A stretch of 15,713 nucleotides of DNA from Bdellovibrionota bacterium. GTDB lineage: Bacteria; Bdellovibrionota_C; UBA2361; JBIKUX01. How positions within the stretch are numbered: the stretch's first letter is position 1; each line of letters begins with the position of its first letter. The stretch is from contig JBIKUX010000038.1 in assembly GCA_044347345.1 (NCBI GenBank), positions 1-15,713 on the forward strand, given 5' to 3'. The notes below the pieces were generated by a model, which was not told the origin of the DNA, made no database searches, and saw only the letters and a program-made list of their open reading frames with translations. A program made the translations under genes and the position numbers. Below, one piece after another: positions 7,320-15,606 of the stretch.

Positions 7320-7922
7320 ATGATTGGCCGTTTGACTGGAACTGTGATTGATATATTTGCGCCACAACTAACCCTCGATGTTAATGGTGTCGGGTATGAA
7401 TTAATCTGCAGTACAGAGTGTCTCAGAAGTGCAAGAGTTGGCGAACCCTTGACTGTGACTGTTTTCACTGAACTTCGCCAAGACAGTTTGCGTTTATATG
7501 GATTTGTTGATCGTGCTGAGAGGAAGGTATTTTCTATGCTTGTTTTAGTGCCGGGAGTTGGTGCAAAAAGTGCTCTCGGTCTTGTTTCAGGTGTAGGAGC
7601 GTTAGAATTGCTCAGAGCAATTGGGGCTGGTGAGGTATCTACTCTTCAAAGAGTGAAGGGAGTTGGAAGACGTACCGCTGAAAGATTGGTTGTGGAATTA
7701 AAAGAGCGTGTTGGTGAGCTTGTAGATCGGGATGTTCAGCTTGATTCTTCTTCTAAGGTTTTACGCTCATCCGCAATAGAAGATGCGGCACTTGCTTTGC
7801 AGTCTTTAGGGTTTTCAGAAAATCAAGCACGCCTTGCCCTACAACGAGCAAAAAAGGAGATTGGAGCAGAAGATGGTGTTGACGCGTCAGACCTTATACG
7901 AGTAGCCCTTAAACATGTTTGA
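7320..7922 (+). CDS. ruvA: Holliday junction branch migration protein RuvA
   Basis: MIGRLTG, DVNGVGYE, LYGF, HhH motifs VPGVGAKSAL and VKGVGRRTAERLVVELK, C-terminal ALQSLGF; directly upstream of ruvB. Confidence 0.97.
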   Translation: MIGRLTGTVIDIFAPQLTLDVNGVGYELICSTECLRSARVGEPLTVTVFTELRQDSLRLYGFVDRAERKVFSMLVLVPGVGAKSALGLVSGVGALELLRAIGAGEVSTLQRVKGVGRRTAERLVVELKERVGELVDRDVQLDSSSKVLRSSAIEDAALALQSLGFSENQARLALQRAKKEIGAEDGVDASDLIRVALKHV

Positions 7923-7941
7923 AATCTGGGGTAGATAATGC

Positions 7942-9102
7942 ATGGTTCGAAAAAAAGATTCTGGAATAGACGATGATTCTGAAATATGGTTGAGAAAAGG
8001 CGCGGTTGAGCCAGATACACAGTACGATGAGCAGTTCGATGAGCAGTTCGATGAGTTAGAAGCAGGAGGAGCGTCTTACGACCGTCTAATTATAACGAGT
8101 AACTCTACAAATAACGATGAAGATGAAGGGCCAATTTCACTACGCCCGGCAGATTTTAAGAGTTATATTGGACAAGAGTCCGTAAAAGAAGCCCTTAAAA
8201 TAGCGTGCACGGCGACGCTTCAGCGAGGAGATGCTTTAGACCATCTTCTTTTACATGGACCCCCTGGTCTCGGGAAGACTTCATTAGCCAGAATAATTGC
8301 TACAGAACTTAGTGTGGGAGTAAAGTGCACCTCTGGGCCTGTTATTGAAAAGCCTGGTGATTTAGCCGCGATTTTATCCGGGTTACAAAAAAATGATATT
8401 CTTTTTATCGATGAAATTCACCGACTTCCCAGAGTAGTGGAAGAAGTTTTATACCCTGCAATGGAAGATTTCCAACTTGATATTCTAATTGGTCAAGGTC
8501 CAGCAGCACGGTCGATTAGAGTTACCTTACCCCCTTTTACCCTTGTTGGAGCTACTACTCGTTCTGGTCTCCTTACTTCTCCGCTAAGAGACCGATTTGG
8601 TCTTGCACTGCGTCTTCAATTTTATTCTGTAGATGAGCTGGCGATGATTCTTCATCGAGCAGCGGAGATTTTGCGAATAGAACTAGTTAGTGATGCCGCA
8701 AAAGAAATTGGTGCTAGGTCACGAGGAACCCCAAGAATAGCAAATCGTCTCTTAAAAAGAGTGCGTGATTTTGTTCAATGCAGAGGATGCTCAGTTATTA
8801 CAAGAGTAGCAGCGCAAGAGGCTTTGTCTCGGCTAGAGATTGATGAGCGCGGACTTGACCGAATGGATCGAGATTTTTTGAGAGTTATCATTGAGAAGTT
8901 TAATGGTGGTCCTGTTGGTATTGAAACGATCGCAGCCGCTTTAGGTGAAGAGCGTGAAACATTAGAAGACGTTTATGAACCTTTTATGCTTCAGGAGGGG
9001 TTTCTTGCTCGCACTAGAAGGGGGCGTACCGTTACACCTCTTGGTTATGAACATATAGGCTTGGCTATTCCTCTATCAAGCAGTACTACTAACGAGGAAT
9101 AG
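7942..9102 (+). CDS. ruvB: Holliday junction branch migration helicase RuvB with an acidic N-terminal extension
   Basis: LRP..YIGQ, Walker A GPPGLGKT, Walker [48 protein letters not shown]. Confidence 0.98.
   Translation: MVRKKDSGIDDDSEIWLRKGAVEPDTQYDEQFDEQFDELEAGGASYDRLIITSNSTNNDEDEGPISLRPADFKSYIGQESVKEALKIACTATLQRGDALDHLLLHGPPGLGKTSLARIIATELSVGVKCTSGPVIEKPGDLAAILSGLQKNDILFIDEIHRLPRVVEEVLYPAMEDFQLDILIGQGPAARSIRVTLPPFTLVGATTRSGLLTSPLRDRFGLALRLQFYSVDELAMILHRAAEILRIELVSDAAKEIGARSRGTPRIANRLLKRVRDFVQCRGCSVITRVAAQEALSRLEIDERGLDRMDRDFLRVIIEKFNGGPVGIETIAAALGEERETLEDVYEPFMLQEGFLARTRRGRTVTPLGYEHIGLAIPLSSSTTNEE
8020..8055 (+). repeat. In-frame 12-bp tandem repeat (CGATGAGCAGTT) encoding [12 protein letters not shown] in the RuvB N-terminus
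   Basis: CGATGAGCAGTT at 8025-8036 and 8037-8048, partial CGATGAG at 8049-8055, preceded by CAGTA at 8020-8024. Confidence 0.85.
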
Positions 9103-9142
9103 TTGTACCTAACAAATTTTACGATAAAGAATAAGAGGTTTT

Positions 9143-9736
9143 GTGGGTGTTTTTTTGATAAAATTGCTCCTTTTTTTAGCACCCTCAATTTCGGCTCTTT
9201 GGCAAGATGACGGAATAAAGCTATCGGTACCAACCGATAGTATTCCATCAGAGTTATATGAGTGTCTTAAAAGTGGCATAGGTATTCGGGTTCGTTTCAG
9301 ATATCAAATTTGCGGCGCAAACGAAGATTGGCGAGATAGATGTAGAAGTGAAAAAGTTGAAATTAGAACAGTAAGTTTTGAGCCAATATCGGGGCGAGTG
9401 CTTATAGAGAGCGACAGGCTGTTTGACCAGTTACCACCAAACAAAGTAACACTCTCCTCATCTTATCCTGTGCTAAGCTCTCTTCAATCTGCCACTAAAG
9501 TAGCTTTTACTACTTTACCAATACACTCTCGCGAACTTGTAGATGATGATTTTCAGTTTTTAAAGAGAAAAGGACTATATCTAAAGGCTAAAGCTAGTGC
9601 TTATTGCGACGGAGATCGCACTATCCTTACACGATTTGCTGAGATAATTACACTTGGACTTATTGATAGTCCTGGCATGAGCACTAATTGGGAGAGGTTT
9701 GCGCTTAGTCGTTGGCAAGATTTAGCAGAGAAGTAG
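9143..9736 (+). CDS. Exported protein, DUF4390-like
   Basis: GTG start with SD AGAGG (9134-9138) and a signal peptide (..PSISA). The pattern LKSGIGIRVRFRYQI..WRD..TVSFEPISG resembles DUF4390 as I recall it, and the position immediately upstream of an ntrY-like gene fits that family. Confidence 0.6.
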   Translation: MGVFLIKLLLFLAPSISALWQDDGIKLSVPTDSIPSELYECLKSGIGIRVRFRYQICGANEDWRDRCRSEKVEIRTVSFEPISGRVLIESDRLFDQLPPNKVTLSSSYPVLSSLQSATKVAFTTLPIHSRELVDDDFQFLKRKGLYLKAKASAYCDGDRTILTRFAEIITLGLIDSPGMSTNWERFALSRWQDLAEK

Positions 9737-9741
9737 TAATT

Positions 9742-11973
9742 GTGACTCAAGAAGAAAATCAATCTTTATTAAGTATAACAAAAAGTATCCCTAAAAAACG
9801 ATACTGGATTCAAATTACTGTAATCAGTACTTCACTATTCGCTTTTGCACTAGTTTTATGGGTAATAAGGTCAGCAACTTTTCCAAATCTTGAGTATGAG
9901 GGATTGACGCAAAATGTAGCGATCCTACTCTTTGTTAATCTTAATCTAGTTTTTCTTTGTTTATTAGTTTTTTTAGTAGGTCGTAATGTAGTTCATCTAC
10001 TCTTTGATTGGCGGAATAACATATTGGGTGCCAAGCTTAGGGTTAAGTTAGTTTGCCTTCTGGTGGGACTAGTTTTAGTGCCAACAGCGCTTCTTTTTTT
10101 ATTTGCCAACAGATTGTTTTCGAGTGCTATGGAGGGTTGGCTTGCAGGAGAAGCTCGAGAAACACGACTAGCTGCACTGAGTGTAGCTCGAGAACATTTT
10201 GCTTCTGTAGAGGATAGTGCTATCAGGCATCTTGAATCTATTGCAACAAAAATATCTAACACTTCTTTAGGTGAACTCAGCGAAATACTTTCATCTGAGC
10301 GACGTTTAGCCCGAATGGCTGTAATTGCAATAGATGCGGGTTCAAAAGATAGTCTGATTATTTCTCATGCTCCTCAAAGGGATGATTATGCTCGTAGGAG
10401 AATAAATCAAATTGAACCTGAGGTTATTACAAGGGTACTGCGCGGAGAGCGAGTTATTTTGTCCTCTAACGGAGAAAAAGAGGAGGAAAGTATCGCAATT
10501 TTTCTTCCGGTCAAAATAGCCGGTAAACCCGGGGTATTAATTGGAATATCATTGTTTTCAGAGAAAATTTCAAAAGCTTTTCGCCACATAAGTGATGCCT
10601 TTCGTGACTATGAACAGATTCGTTTGTTTCGTGCACCTATTCGCTCCGGTTATTTGCTCACTTTTACGATGGTGACAGGAATGATTCTTTTTAGTGCAAT
10701 TTGGGTAGCATTTTATCTTGCGAGGCAAATAGTAGGCCCAATAGAGTCTTTAGTATCTGCTACTTCAAAGGTTGCTCGCGGAGATTATTCTATTCGCATA
10801 AATGCTAAAGGTGACGATGAATTAAGTTATCTGGTTCGTTCGTTTAACACTATGGTAGCTGATCTTCAGGAGTCACGAGCTCAGGCTGAGCAGCGAAGAT
10901 TATTAATTGAGGTTACTCTTCGGCATTTAACTATCGGAGTAGTAAGTATCAATAAAGAACAACAGATAACCTTAATGAACCCAGCTGCACGATTATTGTT
11001 TGGAGTTGATGTTGATTTAGATTTAGTTGATGCTAAGTTAAAGGATCTTTTGCCTACAGAATGGCGAGGTAGTATTGATGCAATTTTAGATGATGCGGAA
11101 GGTGGAAGTCCAGAGTTGTTGGTGCAAGATTTAAAATTATCGCGTCAGGGTCGAGAATTAGAGATTGTAATGACAGCCGGACCAATGTACGGCGCGGATA
11201 AAGCTCTCATAGGTGCAGTAATTTTATTTGATGATGTGACTGAATTAAATCAAGCTCAGCAAATGGCTGCATGGCGAGAAGTTGCCAGAAGAATTGCCCA
11301 CGAGATTAAAAATCCGCTCACACCTCTTCAGTTATCAGCACAACGAATTCATAAGCTTTTGCCAACTGATGATTCTTATCGGTCTCTTCGAGAAAGTGCT
11401 GAAACTATAGTCGAAAATGTTGGCTCAATTGAACGACTTGCAAACGAGTTTTCTAAATTTGCTCGAATGCCAACAGCTGAATTTAGGCTTGCCGACTTAA
11501 ATGAGATTGTAGCTGATATTCTTGAATCTTATGCTACGGATGTTCCGAAGATTTTTTTTCAAGGTATTACCGATACGCGCCTTCAACCATTTTACTTTGA
11601 TCCCGAACAGATTCGTCGTTTACTCATTAATCTTATAGATAATTCCGTTGATGCGCTGCGGTACTTCGTTTCTCCTGATAATCATTTTCAACCTAGAATT
11701 GCTGTTAATACGAAATGCGATAGAAAACGCCGTCGTGTGGTATTGGAGGTCATAGATAACGGACCAGGCATACCAGACGATCAAAAAGGAAGAGTATTTG
11801 ATCCATATTTTACGAATAAAAAGGGAGGTACTGGATTAGGGTTGGCTATCGTAAATTCAATTGTTGCCGACCATCAGGGTAGAATCAGAATATTTGATAA
11901 TATACCTTCTGGAGTTCGATTTGTAGTTGAGATTCCTCTTGAGGGGCACCGTATAAAGAGTCGAAGAGTATAG
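9742..11973 (+). CDS. ntrY: NtrY-like membrane sensor histidine kinase (TM segments, periplasmic domain, HAMP, PAS, HisKA, HATPase_c)
   Basis: Three N-terminal TM segments plus a fourth before the HAMP domain (GDYS..DELSYLVRSFNTM). H-box AAWREVARRIAHEIKNPLTPLQLSAQR is NtrY-typical. N-box NLIDNS, G1 DNGPGI, F-box FDPYFT, G2 GTGLGL. I prefer the GTG at 9742, just after the upstream stop, over the TTG at 9712 in the ORF track. Confidence 0.88.
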   Translation: MTQEENQSLLSITKSIPKKRYWIQITVISTSLFAFALVLWVIRSATFPNLEYEGLTQNVAILLFVNLNLVFLCLLVFLVGRNVVHLLFDWRNNILGAKLRVKLVCLLVGLVLVPTALLFLFANRLFSSAMEGWLAGEARETRLAALSVAREHFASVEDSAIRHLESIATKISNTSLGELSEILSSERRLARMAVIAIDAGSKDSLIISHAPQRDDYARRRINQIEPEVITRVLRGERVILSSNGEKEEESIAIFLPVKIAGKPGVLIGISLFSEKISKAFRHISDAFRDYEQIRLFRAPIRSGYLLTFTMVTGMILFSAIWVAFYLARQIVGPIESLVSATSKVARGDYSIRINAKGDDELSYLVRSFNTMVADLQESRAQAEQRRLLIEVTLRHLTIGVVSINKEQQITLMNPAARLLFGVDVDLDLVDAKLKDLLPTEWRGSIDAILDDAEGGSPELLVQDLKLSRQGRELEIVMTAGPMYGADKALIGAVILFDDVTELNQAQQMAAWREVARRIAHEIKNPLTPLQLSAQRIHKLLPTDDSYRSLRESAETIVENVGSIERLANEFSKFARMPTAEFRLADLNEIVADILESYATDVPKIFFQGITDTRLQPFYFDPEQIRRLLINLIDNSVDALRYFVSPDNHFQPRIAVNTKCDRKRRRVVLEVIDNGPGIPDDQKGRVFDPYFTNKKGGTGLGLAIVNSIVADHQGRIRIFDNIPSGVRFVVEIPLEGHRIKSRRV

Positions 11974-12073
11974 CAAACATTTCATGCCTTAATAGTTCAT
12001 GTCATGATTGAATATTATGAAAGGCGTTGTAGTCTAGTTTATTCGGTAAAAGGCTGTATCCTCATTTATTTAT

Positions 12074-12084
12074 TGTGTTAGAAT
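12074..12084 (+). promoter_or_regulatory. Possible extended -10 promoter for leuCD
   Basis: TGTG-T-TAGAAT fits the TRTGn-TAnAAT pattern, ~55 bp upstream of the leuC ATG. Confidence 0.4.
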
Positions 12085-12138
12085 TCCCGATTGTGTTACT
12101 GCCCTTTCTTGCTACCAGTTTTAATTGGGAAGTTCATC

Positions 12139-13551
12139 ATGAGTACAACTTTGTATCAGAAGGTTTTCGATCGCCATGTAGTTAAAGAGCTTGGCCCTAA
12201 TCGATATCAACTTTTTATGGGGCTACATCTTATTCATGAGGTAACTACGCCACAGGCTTTTTCGATGTTGGATGAACGAAAATTGACTGTTTTTTGTCCA
12301 GAGCGGACTTTTGCCACTGTTGATCATATTGTTCCAACATTATCTCAGCAAAGACCATTTCTTGACGTTTTAGCTGAGGATATGGCCGCTACTTTAGAGA
12401 GCAATATCAGGAAGCATGGAATCACTTATTTTTCACCAGAACGTGGTGAAAATGGTATAGTTCATGTAATCGGGCCTCAGTATGGACTCACTCAGCCTGG
12501 CATGACTATATGTTGTGGTGACTCTCATACATCAACTCACGGAGCTTTTGGTGCGATAGCTTTCGGTATTGGAACATCGCAAGTCAGAGATGTTTTAGCT
12601 AGTCAAAGTTTAACCATATCGAAGCTAAAAGTACGACGAATTCGCATAGAGGGCGAGTTAAATAGAGGTGTATACGCTAAGGACGTTATTTTAAAAATTA
12701 TCCAGCGCACTGGTGCAAAAGGAGGTGTTGGTTATGCTCACGAGTATGCCGGTAGCCTAATTGAGGCAATGTCGATGGATGAGAGAATGACTATTTGTAA
12801 TATGGCTGTTGAGGGAGGAGCTCGGTGTGGTTACATAAATCCCGATGATACTACTTACAGTTATTTAGAAGGGCGACGGTTTGCTCCGAAGGGTGCAGCT
12901 TGGGAACGAGCGCTCAATTATTGGCAGTCTGTTTGTTCTGATAAATCAGCTAAATTCGATGATGAAATTGTTGTACAGGCGAGTGACATTTCTCCTATGG
13001 TAACTTGGGGTATATCGCTTGATCAGTCTCTAGCAATTGATGAAAGAATTCCCGACCCAGCCCAAGCACCAGCAGACGAGCGCAGAGGATATGAAGAAGC
13101 GCTGACTTATATGGATCTCAGACCAGGCCAAACTATAGAGGGGTACCCGGTCGATGTAGCTTTTTTGGGGTCGTGTACGAATGGTAGATTTTCTGATTTT
13201 GAACTTGTAGCTAAGCTTTTGAAAGAGAGTGGAAAACGAGTTAATTCTCGGGTAAAAGCGCTCGCAGTTCCAGGCTCTGCCGAGATTAAGCGACAACTCG
13301 AATCAAGTGGGGTTGCTCAGATTTTGTCAGATGCGGGTTTTGAGGTTCGTGAGGCTGGTTGTTCTATGTGTCTTGCCATGAATCCCGACAAACTTGAAGG
13401 TAGGCAGGTGTGCGCGTCATCCTCTAATCGTAATTTTAAAGGGCGGCAGGGTTCTCCAGTTGGTCGGACTCTTATTATGTCTCCTGCGTCAGTTCTAGCA
13501 GCTGCTGTTGAGGGAGCAGTTGCAGACCCGCGACGATTATTTTCGATATAA
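12139..13551 (+). CDS. leuC: 3-isopropylmalate dehydratase large subunit
   Basis: HEVTTPQAF, TVDH, GIVHVIGP, CGDSHTSTHGAFG, [4Fe-4S] ligand motifs GSCTNGR and GCSMCLAMN, SSSNRNFKGRQG. I prefer the ATG at 12139 (MSTTLYQK, SD-like GGGAAG) over the TTG at 12091. Confidence 0.97.
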   Translation: MSTTLYQKVFDRHVVKELGPNRYQLFMGLHLIHEVTTPQAFSMLDERKLTVFCPERTFATVDHIVPTLSQQRPFLDVLAEDMAATLESNIRKHGITYFSPERGENGIVHVIGPQYGLTQPGMTICCGDSHTSTHGAFGAIAFGIGTSQVRDVLASQSLTISKLKVRRIRIEGELNRGVYAKDVILKIIQRTGAKGGVGYAHEYAGSLIEAMSMDERMTICNMAVEGGARCGYINPDDTTYSYLEGRRFAPKGAAWERALNYWQSVCSDKSAKFDDEIVVQASDISPMVTWGISLDQSLAIDERIPDPAQAPADERRGYEEALTYMDLRPGQTIEGYPVDVAFLGSCTNGRFSDFELVAKLLKESGKRVNSRVKALAVPGSAEIKRQLESSGVAQILSDAGFEVREAGCSMCLAMNPDKLEGRQVCASSSNRNFKGRQGSPVGRTLIMSPASVLAAAVEGAVADPRRLFSI

Positions 13552-13589
13552 CTAAGAGAGGTCAAAAACTTATAGAGGATACAATTATT

Positions 13590-14243
13590 ATGACCGACGG
13601 CAGTAAATTTGATTCGAGAATAAGCAAAATTGAGGGGAAAGGTGTTCCTCTTGAAGGAAATAGCATTGATACTGATAGAATAATTCCTGCCCGATTTTTA
13701 AAGACCCTGACCTTTGATGATTTAGGTAAAGTAGTGTTTGTTGATGATAGAGAGCAGTTAAAGTCAAGTGGTGCGCTTCATCCTTTTGATGTTCCTCGTT
13801 TTAGAGCGGCTAGAATTTTAATTGTAAATCAAAATTTTGGATGTGGTTCATCGCGAGAACACGCGGCTCAAGCGATATACAGATGGGGGATTAGAGGGAT
13901 TATAGGAGAATCATTTAGCGAGATTTTTTTTAGTAATGGTATATCCGTTGGTATGCCCTGTTTAACTGCAAGTGCTGAGGTGATTAATAAAATACAGAAA
14001 GTCGTTAAAGATGATGCAGAACTTCCGCTTCATATCATCCTGGACTTGGAAGCAATGACCGTAGGTCTAAATTACGTAAAAAATAATGATGTTAGTGAGC
14101 AGATAGAGTCTTTTCCGGTTTACTTACCAGAATCTGCTAGACAGCAATTTCTCTTAGGAACTTGGGATGCTACTTTCGAATTATTATCGAACGCTGATAA
14201 ACTTCGTGCTATGCATTCTGACCTGCCTTATCCTTTTTTTTAG
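13590..14243 (+). CDS. leuD: 3-isopropylmalate dehydratase small subunit
   Basis: IDTDRIIPARFL, NFGCGSSREHA, SFSEIFFSN; SD AGAGGA upstream; directly follows leuC. Confidence 0.97.
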   Translation: MTDGSKFDSRISKIEGKGVPLEGNSIDTDRIIPARFLKTLTFDDLGKVVFVDDREQLKSSGALHPFDVPRFRAARILIVNQNFGCGSSREHAAQAIYRWGIRGIIGESFSEIFFSNGISVGMPCLTASAEVINKIQKVVKDDAELPLHIILDLEAMTVGLNYVKNNDVSEQIESFPVYLPESARQQFLLGTWDATFELLSNADKLRAMHSDLPYPFF

Positions 14244-14347
14244 GATCTAGCTAAGAGATTTATTCAGCGACTACTTGATATTTTTTGATTTTTTTGCTGC
14301 CAGCAATTTATTTGCTAAGCTTTTTGCAGTCCTAGCCGAATGTTACC

Positions 14348-14377
14348 TTGAAATTAATATAATTAGCTTTGTATGCT
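14348..14377 (+). promoter_or_regulatory. Possible sigma70 promoter for the tonB-like gene
   Basis: TTGAAA (14348-14353), 18-nt spacer, TATGCT (14372-14377). A TATAAT is also present at 14358-14363. Confidence 0.35.
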
Positions 14378-14440
14378 TTGTCGTTGCTTGGTATAGCTTA
14401 CTGTGGTAAGGTATAGCCGGAAAATTTTGAGTATCCGCTG

Positions 14441-15439
14441 ATGAAAGGTAGTATTCTGAACTTAGTTAAGATTCCCTCCCGGTGGGCTGCGAGACAGTTA
14501 CGATTAAGACAGGTGCAAGTGCCATTGAGATGGATGCGGTTACCATCATTTTTATCTGATAGTTTGCTATCTACAAGTTTTGTTTGGTCTCTGAGTATGC
14601 ATGGCATCATTGGAGCAACTCTTTTTGCTATTAGTAGCTCTGTCTCTCTTCCTCAATCAGCTTCTTCCAGTGCTGAATTTGCTCAGGGTTTTGTTGAAGT
14701 ATCATTGATTCCCCAAAGTAGCATTGGGGCTATTTCTGGTGCTGAAAAAAATAAATTAGACTTCGGTTCAGCCGGTAATGTTTCTACTAGTCTAAATATT
14801 GGCAGTACAGATGCTAAAGATTCAGAAAAAAACGCTAAAATATCTCAAGAATCAAAACTAATAGATAATGGTAAAAAATCTAAAAAAGCAGAACGCTCTG
14901 CTACTAAAGCTGAGTTGCAAGTTGGCTCAAAAATTGTTCCTAGTCCCAAAATATCAAAAATTAAATCTAAAAATCTGAAGCCCACCACCATCGCTCCGGA
15001 AGCTCTTGGAACTGTCAAAGATAAAATAGTGGCTGCAGGAGGAGCTCAAGCGGAAACAGTAGCGGCAGGAACAGGTTTAACAGGTACAGAATCAACAGGT
15101 AACATAAGCAGTGAGGGAAGTTTACGATCTGTTGTTGACGAACAGCAAGGAATTAAACTTATACCTGTTAAGAGGGTAGCTCCAAATTATCCACCAGATG
15201 CTAGACGTAAGGGTGTTCAGGGAGCTGTTACTCTAGAAGTGATAGTGAGTCCATCTGGATTGGTTGAAGATGTAAATGTAATTTCAGCCTCACCCGAGGG
15301 TTTTTTTGAGCAAGAAGCTATTCGTGCAGTATCGCGCTGGCACTTTGCTCCAACTCCAGCACAGGCTGGAAGTAAAAGTATTCGTGCTAAACAGTTAATT
15401 ACTTTTTCCTTGGCTGCAAAGAGAAAAATTATAAAATAG
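14441..15439 (+). CDS. tonB: TonB-family energy transducer (TM with SxxxH motif, low-complexity linker, TonB C-terminal domain)
   Basis: TM segment WSLSMHGII carries S-x3-H. C-terminal PNYPPDARRKGVQGAVTLEVIVSPSG..VISASPEGFFEQEAIRAVSRWHFAP is a typical TonB_C domain. The true start may be the ATG at 14534. Confidence 0.85.
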   Translation: MKGSILNLVKIPSRWAARQLRLRQVQVPLRWMRLPSFLSDSLLSTSFVWSLSMHGIIGATLFAISSSVSLPQSASSSAEFAQGFVEVSLIPQSSIGAISGAEKNKLDFGSAGNVSTSLNIGSTDAKDSEKNAKISQESKLIDNGKKSKKAERSATKAELQVGSKIVPSPKISKIKSKNLKPTTIAPEALGTVKDKIVAAGGAQAETVAAGTGLTGTESTGNISSEGSLRSVVDEQQGIKLIPVKRVAPNYPPDARRKGVQGAVTLEVIVSPSGLVEDVNVISASPEGFFEQEAIRAVSRWHFAPTPAQAGSKSIRAKQLITFSLAAKRKIIK

Positions 15440-15480
15440 TTTTTGTAAGTTCTCCTACAGTTGAATTTTTCTAAAAAGTA

Positions 15481-15510
15481 AGCTGCTAGATATGCAGCTC
15501 TTCAAATTTT
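15481..15510 (+). terminator. Weak hairpin downstream of tonB, possibly a terminator
   Basis: AGCTGC-TAGATAT-GCAGCT (15481-15499) followed by CTTCAAATTTT; the U-tract is poor. Confidence 0.25.
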
Positions 15511-15606
15511 GATCCGATCTTACCGTATTAAGTAATTAGCGGACTTCAAGTTTTATCTTTTAAAAAACTTTAAGTCATAACGCTTTTTCATGCGGTAGGA
15601 TGTACA

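Noticed and set aside
7823..8020. 65-aa minus-strand ORF
   Set aside because: Antisense to the ruvA/ruvB junction.
9045..9248. 67-aa minus-strand ORF
   Set aside because: Antisense to the ruvB end and the DUF4390-like gene.
9993..10589. 89-aa and 60-aa minus-strand ORFs
   Set aside because: Antisense shadows inside the histidine kinase.
13030..13565. 88-aa and 82-aa minus-strand ORFs
   Set aside because: Antisense to conserved leuC.
14345..14530. Fur box or cobalamin riboswitch upstream of tonB
   Set aside because: TTGAAATTAATATAATT matches fewer than about half of the Fur consensus positions, and the B12-element motifs (AGGGAA..GCCCCC..ACUG, GCCACUG, B12 box) are not present in order on either strand.
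14398..14610. 70-aa minus-strand ORF
   Set aside because: Antisense to the tonB 5' region with no motifs.
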